From Sphaerodactylus townsendi (lineage: Eukaryota): a stretch of 64,000 nt of DNA. The stretch is taken from the NCBI RefSeq assembly GCF_021028975.2, contig NC_059439.1, positions 30,318,001-30,382,000 of the forward strand, given 5' to 3'. A program made the translations under genes and the position numbers. Each line of letters opens with the position of its first letter. Position 1 is the stretch's first letter. The notes under the pieces were generated by a model. That model was not told the DNA's origin, did not search any database, and saw nothing but the letters and a program-made list of their open reading frames with translations. Shown here piece by piece: positions 25,390-37,224 of the stretch.

Positions 25390-26050
25390 CCAGCCTCCGC
25401 GTGCCAAGGCCCGGCCCCGCTAGGCGCCACCTTCGCCCACCCCCACCCTCACCCCACATGTTCGCCGGACGAGCGCAGCAGCAGCTCCAAAACGCCCTGG
25501 GAGCGCACCTTCGCCTCCGAGGGCACCCATTGCTGAGCCCCGGGATCGCCTCCCTCTCGCTTTGCCCGGCTCCGTGTCTACCGAGCCGCCTCCTCCCCTC
25601 CCCTCCCCACGGTTCCTCGCCCCTCCAGAGGCCCCGTTCCTCTCCAAACCCCCCTTGCCGCCCCCAGATCCTCGCCTTCGTGCGCTCCGCTCCAGCCCTC
25701 CCCAGCCCTTACCGTCTCCATAGCCCCCCGGGCGCTCCCCCCGCGCCGTCTGCAGCACGCGAGGGGTTAAACCCTGCAGACAATACCCGGCTAGCCAGGC
25801 CCGGCTCCGCCTCCGCCCGCTGCTCCGGCAGCCTGCTCCTCGGCCCCTCTCGCGCCCCCCGCGTCCGCGCGCACCAGCCCGGCCCGGCGGCGCCAGCAGG
25901 GAGAGCCGGGGGCACGCGCGCGCCCCGGGCGCACCTCTGCAGGGGGGGACGCGCCAATCCCAAAGGGGGATCTGCAAATCCCAAAAAGGGGGGGGGTGGG
26001 TTAGAAGGACCCCCGGTTGCCCTTTAGCGCAGGGCCGGTTGTTGGCATGA
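25390..26050. promoter_or_regulatory. CpG island, likely promoter/first exon of the - strand ZNF gene
   Basis: Very high GC and CpG density, with a donor-like GAAG|GTGCGC on - near 25506. Confidence 0.7.
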
Positions 26051-26479
26051 CCTTGGGGGCTTCACTCCTGCGCCCACGTGTCTCTCCGGCCTGCTGTGCC
26101 AATGGATGCCTCCCGGGCAGGAATAGTGGTTTATTTATCCAGTGGGTAGGAAAACCTGATCCCGTTGATAAGGGAGGGATTCAGAGGTGGGATCCAACCA
26201 GTTCTCACCACTTCTCTAGAAGTGGTTACTAATTTTTTTTCTGAGTGCCGAGAAGGGGTTACTAAAGCAACCTCCCTGCGCAATGGGGACTGGAGGTGCG
26301 TGTGTGCGGCGGCGCCACTGTTTGAATCCCACCACCATCGGAACCTGTTGTTAAAATGTTTGGATCCCACCACTGGAGGAATTGTAAACAGGCGTTTGCA
26401 GTGGCCTGAGTCTAGCTCCCCTTTTCCATCCTCTTGGTTGTCTTTCTAAGCCACCCCCACCCCCGACTCTGGCCCTGAA

Positions 26480-27780
26480 AAGCCGGGGCCCAGAACTGGG
26501 ATTAAACGAGTTAAGAGGACCGCAAAAAAACCTGTGGCATGCATTGCGGGCGCTCCAGAAACTACACTCTAGAACAAAAATCACAGAGAGAACATGCATT
26601 TATTAAACTTTTCCAGGCCAAAAATGCCTCTGGTACAGCAAAAAGAAGAAGAAGAAGCCCGGAATGGGCATTAAACGAATAAGAGGACCACTAAAAACTG
26701 TGGCATGCATTAGAGGCACTCCAGAACTACAATCTATTCTAGAACAAAAAACGCACAAACAACGAGCATTTATTAACCTTTTCCAGGCCAAAAATGCCTC
26801 CGGAACAGCAAAAAAAGCCCGGAATGGCCTGGGACGGACATTAAATGAGTAAAAGGACCACAAAAAGACTGTGGCATGCATTAGACACACTCCAAAACTA
26901 CAACCTAGAACAAAAAATGCACAAACGTGCATTTATTATCATTTCAAGACAAAAAGTGCCTCCAGAACGCAAAAGAGGCCCAGAAAGGGCAATGAATGAC
27001 TTAGAGGACCACAGAAAACAGTGGCATCTATTAGAGACACTCCAAAACTAAAAGCTAGAACAAAAAATGCAGAAACGACCTTCCTCTCTTATCTCGTTCC
27101 GGGCCCAAATGCCTTTGGAGCCAGAAAATAGCCCAGAACAGCCTGGAACAGGCATTAAACTAATTAGAAGGCAACAACAAACAGTGGCATGCATTATAGG
27201 CACTCCAGAACTACAACCTAGAACCAAAAACGTAGACACAACCTACTTCTCTTACCCGGTTCCGGCCCAAAATGCCTTCAGAGCCAGCAAATGGCCCGGA
27301 GCGAACATTAAACAAACACAACAAAAAGAGGAATGCATTGGAAGCCCTCCAAAACTACAATCTAGAACAAAAAACACAAAGACAACCTGCCTCTCTTACT
27401 CCATTCCAGGCCAAAATGCCTTCAGAGCCACAAAATGGCCTGGACTAGCCTGGAACGGGCTTTAAACAAATTAGAAGGCCACAACAAACAGAGGCAAGCA
27501 TTGGAGGCACTGCAGAACTACAACCTAGAACAAAAAACACAGACACAACCTTCCTCTCTTACTGCGTTCTGGCCCAAAATGCCTTCAGAGCCAGAGAACA
27601 GTCCGGAATGGGCATTAAACAAGCTACAGGGCCATAACAGTGGCATGCATTGGAGACACTCCAGAACTACAACCTAGAACAAAAAACGCAGAGACAACCT
27701 TCCTCTTTTACCCCATTCTGGGCCAAAATGCCTTGGGAGCCAAAAAATGGTCCAGAACGACCCAGAAGGGGCAATAAACT
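26480..27780. repeat. Diverged tandem array of about 8 units of 145-171 bp
   Basis: Recurring core GTGGCATGCATT..CTCCAGAACTACAACCTAGAACAAAAA at about 26534, 26700, 26871, 27021, 27184, 27329, 27491 and 27640. Confidence 0.85.
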
Positions 27781-27789
27781 TGCCTCTGC

Positions 27790-27892
27790 ACAGCAATCCT
27801 AGGGTTCCTCAGTCTTCTCCCATCCAAGTTCTAACCAGAGCTGACCCTGCTTAGCTATCAAGATCTGAAGAGATCAGGCTAGGCTGGGCCAC
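27790..27892 (-). mobile_element. 5S rRNA-derived SINE head (5S-Sauria-like); longer copy at about 57443-57645
   Basis: The reverse complement resembles 5S rRNA (CCTGATCTC..AGCTAAGCAGGGTC..TGGTTAG..CTTGGATGGGAGA) but is diverged. Confidence 0.6.
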
Positions 27893-28477
27893 TCTAGCTG
27901 CCAGGATTTAAGTGCTTGATGTGTCTGTGTGCCTTCCTGGAGTCACCATGAACTCTTCAGAACTGTGGCCTCTCACTTCTCTCATTCCTCAAAATCACAG
28001 CCACAGCTTTGGGAAATTCATGGAGCTCTGGTCTGGTAAGAGAAGGAACCCAGTGGAAATGCCATAGAGTCTACTTTCCTAAGGGGACATTTTCTCATGG
28101 GGAACATTGCTTCTAACATAAGATTCAGATTCAGAGACCTTTATTGGGCATATAGCTCCCAACATAATTTATTATTATTTTCAAATACTGTTCTTTCCAG
28201 ATTTGTCAACCGTGCACCATTAAAATACCAATATATAGTACTACTATATACTATAGTAGTATAGTATGTAGTAGTAACCGTGCACCTAGATCAGGGGTGT
28301 CCAACTGGCCCTCCAGATGTTCATGGGATACGATTCCCATCAGCCCCTGTCAGCATGGCCAATTGATGGGAACCACAGTCCACAAACATCTGGAGGGGCA
28401 GACTTGGACATCCCTGCGCTAGATAATGCCATATGTTTACATCGTGAATTTCTTCAAAATGCATCATTCGCCTAACG

Positions 28478-28625
28478 CAGGGGTAGGGAACCTGCGGCTC
28501 TCCAGATGTTCAGGAACTACAATTCCCATCAGCCTCTGTCAGCATGGCCAATTGGCCATGCTGGTAGGGGCTGATGGGAATTGTAGTTCCTGAACATCTG
28601 GAGAGCCGCAGGTTCCCTACCCCTG
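28478..28625. mobile_element. Near-perfect palindromic hAT MITE (148 bp)
   Basis: Full-length fold-back centred on GGCCAATTGGCC with a perfect 8-bp TSD GCCTAACG. Related copies at about 6018, 6909, 13981, 28292, 32987, 36516, 37855 and 44237. Confidence 0.9.
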
Positions 28626-28937
28626 GCCTAACGCAAGTTCAAGATTCGATTGGCTTTTTTAGGAACAGAATTTCAGCACTGCCTTTTTCAAGAACAGTGC
28701 AGAAAACTTAATTTTAAATAGCTGTTATTTGTTTAGATCTATCACCACTGGCGTGGTGTAGCCATTAAGAGCAGCGGACCCTAATGTGGAGAACCGGGTT
28801 TGATTCCCCACTCCTCCACATGAGCAGTGAACTCCCATCTGGTGGACTGGATTTGTTTCCCCGCTTCTACACATGAAGCCTGCTGGGGGACCTTAGGCTA
28901 ATCACAGTTCAACCCAAAACTCTCTCAGTCCCATCCA

Positions 28938-29242
28938 GGAGCAGCAGTGGCATAGGAGGTTAAGATCTCATGTATCTAATCTGGAGGAACCGGGTTTGAT
29001 TCCCAGCTCTGCCGCCTGAGCTGTGGAGGCTTATCTGGGGAATTCAGATTAGCCTGTGCACTCCCACACACGCCAGCTGGGTGACCTTGGGCTAGTCACA
29101 GCTTCTCGGAGCTCTCTCAGCCCCACTTACCTCACAGGGTGTTTGTTGTTCAGGGGGGAGGGCAGGGAGATTGTAAACCCCTTTGAGTCTCCTGCAGGAA
29201 AGAAAGGGGGGATATAAATCCAAACTCTTCTCTTCTTCTTCT
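28938..29242 (+). mobile_element. Full-length Squam3-like SINE
   Basis: Head GGAGCAGCAGTGGCATAGGAGGTTAAG (box A) and GGGTTTGATTCCC (box B); (CTT)n tail. Confidence 0.88.
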
Positions 29243-29669
29243 TTTCACAAGGTGTCTTGTTGTAGGAAGATGAAGGGAAGGGGACTAATAAATCTTGCCC
29301 AAGATCCTCCCCTGTTTGGGTTTGCCTGCCTTCGCCAGCCAAGCAGAGATCCACCCTGATGAGCTGCTTTCACTCCCAAGGCTTATGGGAAGGAGTGAGA
29401 GTCCTTCCCCACCCACCCCATTGGAAACACCTGCAGGGACTGGGGTCCTCTGTTTATTGACGCTATGTTTATTGATTTTTTTTTTGCTTATGATTACTGA
29501 TGTTTGGTATTATACTGTTGTTGTTCACCGCCCTGAGCCCTTTGGAGGAGGGCAGTATACAAATCGAATAATACAATACAAGAGAAAGGTGGGACATACA
29601 TCCAAAATCACCATCATCACCTCATCATCATCATCTACCACCTCCTCCTCTTCTAAAAAGGCGCTGTGC

Positions 29670-29955
29670 AGAGAAACCTCGCACGGCGTTCAACCCCTTT
29701 CGCGCATCTATTAAAAGCACAGAAATCTGGACAGGACTTCTTTTTTGCTGTTTTTTCCAGGGCGGAACGTCTTAAAGCAGCCACGTTTGTACGCTGCGGA
29801 GGGGGACTTCAGAGGTGTTGCGCTTTCCGGTTCCTGCGATAAGCAGGAAGTGGGGGGCAGCAGACCCAGGGTAAGCAATGAAGAAGGGAAGACTGGGCGG
29901 GATGGGTTTGGGGCCGGCTGGATGGCGTGTGCCCTTGCACTTTTGCAGGTGAGCA
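29670..29955 (+). promoter_or_regulatory. Putative promoter and first exon for the TBRG1-like retrocopy
   Basis: Local CpG enrichment, ETS-like sites (TTCCGG, CAGGAAG) and a strong donor CAG|GTGAGC at 29948/29949. A matching acceptor tgtccag ends at 31490. Confidence 0.5.
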
Positions 29956-30561
29956 TGCAAAGAAGTGTGCTTACTCTGAATACTCCTTCCTCTCCCATAG
30001 AAACTGGGCCTTGCCTTTCTTTCTGTCTAAATTTCCCGTTGCTGTTGCCTCTTTCTGCAAAGGTATTTCTAAAAAGGGGGGGGGGGGAGGATGCATGCCC
30101 CTTCTAATGCATGCCCATTCACCTCTCATGACCTGCTTGTTCTCTTTTTCTTTTTTTTTAAGTTGGAATTTGGACAGAACTGGCATTTTTCTGAGCCTGC
30201 AGTGCTTCGGAGGAGGGAAATATTAAATCGGCGCCGTTTTGTTGGGGTGGATTCTATGAACTGAAGGTGAGTGGGAACCCAGGCTCTGCCACCACATGTA
30301 AGCCACTGGGCAAACAGTTCTGATGCTCAATGTATTGTCGAAGGCTTTCAGATCCTCTGAAGATGCCAGCCACAGATGCAGGCGGAATGTCAGGAGAGAA
30401 TGCTGCTAGAACACGGCCAGACAGCCCAGAAACCACACAGCACCCCAGTTCTGATGCTAATATAACCCGTGCTGTTTTATTATTTGTGTTTTGTTTGGAT
30501 CTTAGGGTTCAGGGGGTAAGAACTCTGTGATCGTGTGCAGTTGGTAAGCTTGCTTAATATT

Positions 30562-30840
30562 GGTTGTGGTGGGTTTTCCGGGTTGTGTGGCCGTGGTCTG
30601 GTAGATCTTGTTCCTGATTGGTTCCCCACCCTGGGACATGGACAATATATACCCCACCAAACATTCCCTTCTCACTAGACACAGTGTGTAACAGACTTTT
30701 CTCTGTGATACACCTCTGAAGATGCCAGCCACAGATGCAGGCGAAACATTAGGAACAAGATCTACCAGACCACGGCCACGCAGCCCGGAAAACCCACCAC
30801 AACCAGTTGAATCCGGCTGTGAAAGCCTTCAACAATACAT
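30562..30840 (+). mobile_element. Penelope-like element terminal fragment with inverted 5' part and hammerhead core
   Basis: Ends GAAAGCCTTCAACAATACA; has an inverted terminal repeat; 12-bp TSD TTGCTTAATATT (30550-30561 / 30840-30851). Related fragments at 30329-30445, 49790-49940 and 57745-58050. Confidence 0.75.
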
Positions 30841-31527
30841 TGCTTAATATTACACATTGCAAGAGCCCCACCCTCCTCAGTTGATCTGGCCTGCAACAGG
30901 AGCATTACATAGTTGATAAACTAATACACCCTTCCGTTACATTGGGAAAATTCTAAAGTACTTTTCTCTCTTATTGGGCCCTACACATACCTGTAAAAAG
31001 AATAAGCAATTCCCTCAATTGAGCTATAGGCCTTCCTTCTCCTGTTGCAGGCCAGATCAATCGAGGAGGCTGGGGCTCTTGCAGTTATCAATATGTAAGC
31101 AAGCTTACCAACCGCACATGTTTATTGAGCTCTTATCCCCTGAGCCCTAAGATGCAAACAAAACAAATATTAAAATGGCGGGAGGGTATTGCTTCTGGGA
31201 CTCTTCGGGATGCAAAGTGCCCAGTTGATATTTGGAGGACAGCTGGTTGTGTTGTTTTGCTGAAACTGGGGTCTGGATCAAGAAAATCCCATCTATAAAT
31301 GTGTGTTCTGTGGAAGAAAGTTGGAAGGTGGGATGGTGATATGCCATTAGGTGTACCTCAGCTGCGTTATTTCGAGTTTTTGCTCCTTAATTATTGGCAG
31401 GTTGAGAAATAGGATTGGCTTGGGAATAAATCCACAGTGGAACTGTCTTTGAGACTCTGTTTTCTGTCCTTGATTTCATTACCTGTCCAGTTACCTGCTG
31501 CCCAGCTGTTGCCTTGGCTTTCTGGCC

Positions 31528-32592
31528 ATGAAAAAAAGCCGCAATGGAAAAAGTCAAGGGGCTTGCAGCAGAAATTCGAAGCGCTTATGCGCCGTGCTGC
31601 CAAGTGCTGGTTTAAGGGATGAACGCGCAGCCTTGTGCGATGGGGTGCTTGCCTCGACTTCCGAGCCAACCAATCATGGGTGCGTGGTCGCGAGAAAACG
31701 CCGGTTTTATAACTTCCTCAGCCCGCCGTTGTTGCAAGCTCCAAGCTCTCCTGGCAGACTGATCGAGGTCTCCACGTGCCTGCCAGCCACCCAGCGGTAT
31801 CAGCTAACTCCTACATCTCCAGATAGAGCCAACTGTCCATAAGCCTGCCCGGGGGCCCTTAAAGGCAAAGAGAACGGTCGGGCGTCCAGGCGCAGGGTCG
31901 CAACAGAGCCAGGGATCCGCCGGCTGGTTCCCCCACTACCCTTAGATTCTACTGGCCGTCCTATTTTTCCCATCACATTGGGGTCACTGACTGTCTACAG
32001 CCTGGGTGAAATTGTTTCTGACCGTTCTGGTTTCCACACGGAGAACGCCATCTACCCTGTTGGCTACTGCAGCACCAGGATCTTCGCTAGCACCCGCAGG
32101 CCGGCACGCCGCTGCCTCTATACCTGCCAGATCAAGGACGGTGGGGCCGGGCCATCCTTCGAAATCGCTCCAGAGGATGAGCCAGGTTGCGTCTTTGATG
32201 GCCCCACATGGCAGCCTCTGTCACGCTCAGCTCCTGGAAGCTGTGGGTGCGGCCAGCTGGAACCAGCAGGCCCTGAATTTTTTGGCCTCGCGCCCAGCTA
32301 TCCAGCACCTCATCCAGAGCTGCCCTGGGGAACGCGAAATGTGCAGAGGTACCGCTGGTCTCAGCCGGTGTGCCGCCCAGCGGGGGGGGGGGGGGCCGCA
32401 CCGGGCCTTACCTTCCGGGAGCCGGGCACTGATTGGCAGAGCTTTCCAGAGCCAGGGCTTGGCGGGGCCGTGGCGGACTTCCTAGAAGCCACTCCTTCTC
32501 AGCGGTGGGAGCGGATATCTTGGGAACTCTTTCTGCCCCCTGTGCTCCAACAGGGGGGGGTCCCCCCCCCCGAAAGCCCAGAAAGTGATTAA
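31528..32592 (+). pseudogene. TBRG1: Intronless TBRG1 (NIAM) retrocopy with FYRN/FYRC domains; frameshifted as assembled
   Basis: Segments KFEALMRRAAK, AALCDG, LDSTGRPIFPITLGSLTVYSLGEIVSDRSGFHTENAIYPVGYCSTRIFAS..CLYTCQIKDGG..FEI.PED, CHAQLL, EFFG and PAIQHLIQSCPG match TBRG1 across alternating frames. No introns; AATAAA near 32828. Confidence 0.85.
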
Positions 32593-35142
32593 CTGACTCG
32601 AATTTTGCCAGGTGGGAACTGGAAAGCTGGGAGCCCCCCCCCCAGCCCCTAAACCTTCCTGTGGTCGAGAAACTGCATGTGGACGTCACAAGCGGCTGGC
32701 ACTGTAGTTTGCATAGTGGCTCTCTAAGTAGCATGCATAGGGATAAAAGATAATTTATATCTATGAGTCAGTGGGTGTATCACCATTTCAACGGATTCTT
32801 GAGACCAAGTCAACTAAAATGATTATCAATAAAAAAAAATTAACTGGAGGGAGAAAACTCATGTAGAGTTTTGCCGTCATCCCACTACAAAAAATGCTCT
32901 GAATACATCCCCATGTGTGGCGTGGTATGGTTCTATATCTTCTTTGAAAACAAGGGGTTGCGGCTTGTGAGGCAGCTAAGCTTAGTCAGTGGTGGCGAAC
33001 CTTTGGCACTCCAGATGTTATGGACTACAATTCCCATCAGCCCCCGCCAACATAGCCAATTGGCCATGCTGGAATGGGCTGATAGAGGTGTAGTCCATAA
33101 CACATCTTGAGTGATATGAAGGATCAAACCACCAAGGCTTCATGTGGTCAGATTTCACAGGAGGGTGATGATGATGAAGAGTTTGGATTCATATCCCACC
33201 TTTCTCTCCTGTGAGGAGACTCAAGGTGGCTGACAAGCTCCTTTCCCTTCCTCTCCCCTACAAATAACAGACATCTCTGTGAGGAGTAGGTGTGGGCTGA
33301 GAGAAGAGTTCTAGATGAGAACTGTGACTAGCCAAAGGTCACTCCAGTAGGGATGAAGGAGTGTGGAAACACACCTGGTTCACCAGATAGCCTCTGCCAC
33401 TCCAGTGGAGGAGTGGGGAATCAAACCCAGTTCTCCAGATTAGAATCCACTTGCTCTTAACCACTACACCACGCTGGCTCTCTCAAGAGTGTGGCACAGC
33501 TGGAACCAGCAGGTTAAGGACAGGGGAAAGTTAGGTAAACTCTCCCTCTGGTTTTGCAAATGTTATCCCGTTGCCATGGGAATGCTGGGAAGTGGTGCCA
33601 TTCTCTAGTAAGGTACTCAAAATCAAAAGTGTATTACCCTGCTTCACCATGCCATCCCTCTACATTTCTGTACAAATGGGCACGGCTGATTCGTTGATGG
33701 GTTTTACTTTTTTTCCAAGCCAAGCTCTCCTGTGCATGCTTATACTAAGAATATAAGTTTGTGGGTCTTAAAGGTGCTACTAGACTCAGGCCACTGTTAG
33801 TGGAGCCACTAAGACATGTGGGACTGTTGTAGAGTGCAACGAGATGGCTTGCAAGGGACACGGAAGCCGTTGCATCATACTGTGGAAGGGGGATATGGAA
33901 GAAGGCAGGGTAGAATTCTATCTCCTGAAAAATTACAAACTGGTGAATTCAGAAATCAAAATGGCATTTGTGAAAGGTGTGCTTTGTGGTACTCTTACTC
34001 AGTTATGCCCCAAGTATTTCTTTTGAAATTGGAGAATCGCCAGTGTACACATGTTACTGAACATAAGAACATAAGAACAAGCCTGCTGGATCAGACCAGA
34101 GTCCATCTAGTCCAGCACTCCTGCATACTGGGTGCGAGTGGGCCCTCCAGGTGCCTTTGGGAGCTCACATTCAGGATGTGAAAGCAATGGCCTGTTGCTG
34201 CTGCTCCTGAGCACCTGGTCTGTGCTCATTTACTGAAAATAAATGGGATTTGTTACACATAGACTTTCACTACTCTGAAAACAAAAAATGCCTCCTTGTG
34301 CAAGAAGAGTTTAGATTTATACCCTGCGATTCTGTCCTGTAAGGAGACTCAAAGCAGCTTACAAACTCCTCTCCCCATAACAAACACCTTGTGACATAGG
34401 TGGAGCTGAGAGTTCCAAAAAACAGTGACTAGCCCAAGGTCACCCAGCAGGCTTCATGTGTAGGAGTAGAGAAACAAATCAGTTCACCAGATAACCGTCC
34501 ACCGTTCGTGTGGAGGAGCGGGGAATCAAACCCGGTTCTCCAAGTGAGAGTCCACCGCTCATAACCACTACAACATGCTGGAATTGCCATCTTCCATTGA
34601 CTGTATTAGTTTTACCCTCCAAATGCAGGCATCAATGTTACCAGAAGCATTTATTTTCCAGGGTTACCTGTCTTATCACACCCAGAAATAACATCTGAAG
34701 GAAAAGTTAAGAACTGAATTCTCCTGAGATGGGTTTAGGTAACACAGGAAGCAATTCAACAACTACACCAGCCTCTGGCTCAGGAATACTCACAACTCGC
34801 CGCCATCCCTGGACCAACACGAGGCCATTAGCCAGACTGTAAAGCTATCAATATGGCTGGAGTTGATGTGCTTCAACAGCGAATGCTACAAGCTGATGGT
34901 GGTTTGTTCCTGACATCCCCTTACCATTAAATGTTGACATTCGTTACCTTTAGAAGGGCTCCCTTTAGGTGAGGAATGGTACCTGTGAGGGCAGCCCAAA
35001 GGGCCAACCCTAACCCCAGGTAGTCAGTTTTGACAGATAAAAAGCCACCCCGGATCTGACGTCCATGAAAGGTCACTCAATTTGTACGTTTTTTGGCAGC
35101 TCAGAGAGAGAGGAAGAGACCTTATGGAGTTCGGCGGTAATT

Positions 35143-35343
35143 TTAGGCAATGTTGTCATATACTCGTATGATATCTTGACAGTCTCCGAATGCCTGTAGC
35201 AGCTGTGCTGTCCGATCCATCTCATCGTCCGACAACTGGGCTGTAATAGTTGGGATGAACTCAAGGCTGACTGACTGCGAGCAGAGGCCCAGCGCGTCCA
35301 ACTTTTCACGGACTTGCCTCAAGGTAGGCACGGAGCAGATGAA
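35143..35343 (-). CDS. TACO1: TACO1 last coding exon
   Basis: cccag|FICSVPTLRQVREKL..SLEFIP..DIIRVYDNIA*; this is the YebC/TACO1 C-terminus. Confidence 0.93.
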   Translation of the reverse strand, partial: FICSVPTLRQVREKLDALGLCSQSVSLEFIPTITAQLSDDEMDRTAQLLQAFGDCQDIIRVYDNIA

Positions 35344-35798
35344 CTGGGCAGAAGAAAGGGAGAAAGAAATTCACCCACAAATCCTTTGAAGTCCTCAGAA
35401 ACAAATACGGGTGAAAAAGAAGAAGAGTTGGATTTATATCCCCCCTTTCTCTCCTATAGGAGACTCAAAGGGGCTTACAAACTCCCTTCCCTTCCCCCCT
35501 CACAACAAACACATTGTGAGGTAGGTGGGGCTGAGAGAGCTCAGAACTGTGACTCGCCCAAGGTCACCCAGCTGGCGTGTGTTGGAGTGTACAGGCTAAT
35601 CTGAATTCCCCAGATAAGCCTCCACAGCTCAGGCGGCAGAGCAGGGAATCAAACCCGTTTCCTCCAGATTGGAGTACACCTGCTCTAACCACTACGCCAC
35701 TGCTGCTCCTACAGAAATCATGAATATTTAGTTCAGGGTCATGAGAAGTGGCAAAGGGTTGGGAAGGAGGAGTCCTCAAAAGGGACAGGAGAGACTCA

Positions 35799-35942
35799 GG
35801 CCCCTTCCGCACATGCAGAATAATGCACTTTTAATCCACTTGCAGTGCACTTGGATTTTACTGTGCGGAATAGCAAGATCCACTTTCAAACCATTGTGAA
35901 AGTGGATTGAAAGTGCATTATTCTGAAAGTGCGGAAGGGGCC
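35799..35942. mobile_element. PIF/Harbinger-type MITE
   Basis: TIR GGCCCCTTCCGCAC with a 3-bp TSD TCA. Other copies: 24351-24498, 39392-39532 (TAA), 42396-42535, 46761-46901 (ATT) and 49667-49990. Confidence 0.82.
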
Positions 35943-36005
35943 TCAGCGCCGACAGAGAGCACCACTGCACCTCCATCCCACATCTAACCAGGCATGGTAC
36001 CTCAC

Positions 36006-36183
36006 CTTCAGCATCATTTTCTCCTCCTCATCTTCCTCTTCTTGGACATCTTCTGCACCAGCTTCAATAGCCAACTCAAGTGCCCGTTCCAGGCTCACGG
36101 GATTACCAGCTCGGTCCTTGATGCCCGCCATGATAACCCCCTTCTTTTCAAAGTTGTGCCGCGCTCCGTCAGCAAGGACTCCC
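36006..36183 (-). CDS. TACO1: TACO1 coding exon 4
   Basis: [40 protein letters not shown]; AG/GT bounded, phases consistent. Confidence 0.93.
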
Positions 36184-37224
36184 CTGTAGGGAAACCCAAT
36201 GTGAATGGAAGTAGACCACTGAGTGACGTAGCTATAGATTTTTTATGGGGTAGGGGCGTGGCCACGCCTCCCCAAGCTCCGCCCCCTGCCCTCAGTGCTT
36301 ATAAAAGCAGCTCTCCAAGGCCAGGGACTACAGTTTCCCTCCCGGAGGGGAGGGAAGAAGGGACTGCCGGCTGGGAGCCCAGCCAGGGGGGCGGAGCTTC
36401 GGATATGTAATGGGGGGTTGAACCTGGGAAACCACTGGATCTAGAAACAGGCTTGGGAGAATCACTCAACCACTCCTCTTAATCCATTTGATTTTTTCCT
36501 GCCATTTCTCTAGAGCCGGGTGGCGAACCTTTGGCACTCCAGATGTTATGGTGGCGAACCTTTGGCATTCCAGATGTTATGGACTACAATTCCCATCAGC
36601 CCCTGCCAGCATGGCCAATTGGTCATGCTGGCAGGGGCTGATGGGAATTGTAGTCCATAACATCTGGAGTGCCAAAGGTTCGCCACTACTGCTCTAGAGA
36701 GCTCATAGACCCCCCTTTTTTTTAGCGTGTCAAGAACCCTGCGAGTTCAGAATACGTGTGTAAGTGACCAGCCTGAAGTCAGCCTTTAGCAGGAAAGGGA
36801 CTTGTACCCAGTATTAACTGAATTCACCACACTGGTTCAATTAAGTACTATTTAGCAGGAAAGGGACTTGTACCCAGTATTAACTGAATTCACCACATTG
36901 GTTCAATTAAGTCCTAGCTCCAGACAAAATTAGGACCACAGCAGGAATATGATTTGCTCAGAGGGCTCCTGTCCCAAAAAAGGCAAAAGTCCCATCTCCC
37001 AACACCTGTATCCTACAGCTCACAGCCCATAGTTTTTCTCTCTTCCAGCACTATGAAGTATAGATTTCCTATGTCCTTTTAAATGTCTACTCAGCACACT
37101 AACACCATTAACCCTTTGGAGGCCCCCTTTCTAGAGAATGCAGACTTCCTGGGTCTTCCTCTTGTCCACTGGATACCCAAAGAGATTATCTGTGGGATCT
37201 TGCCACTTGCCACACCAGACTAAC

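Noticed and set aside
26480-27780. Regularly spaced repeats resembling a CRISPR array
   Set aside because: The sequences between the cores are homologous to each other, units are about 160 bp, there are no cas genes, and the context is eukaryotic.
27790-27892. 5S rRNA gene
   Set aside because: Too diverged, single, and in the 57.5-kb copy joined to SINE body sequence.
28938-29015. tRNA gene-like box A/B sequences
   Set aside because: These are SINE heads; each continues into the SINE body and no cloverleaf is supported.
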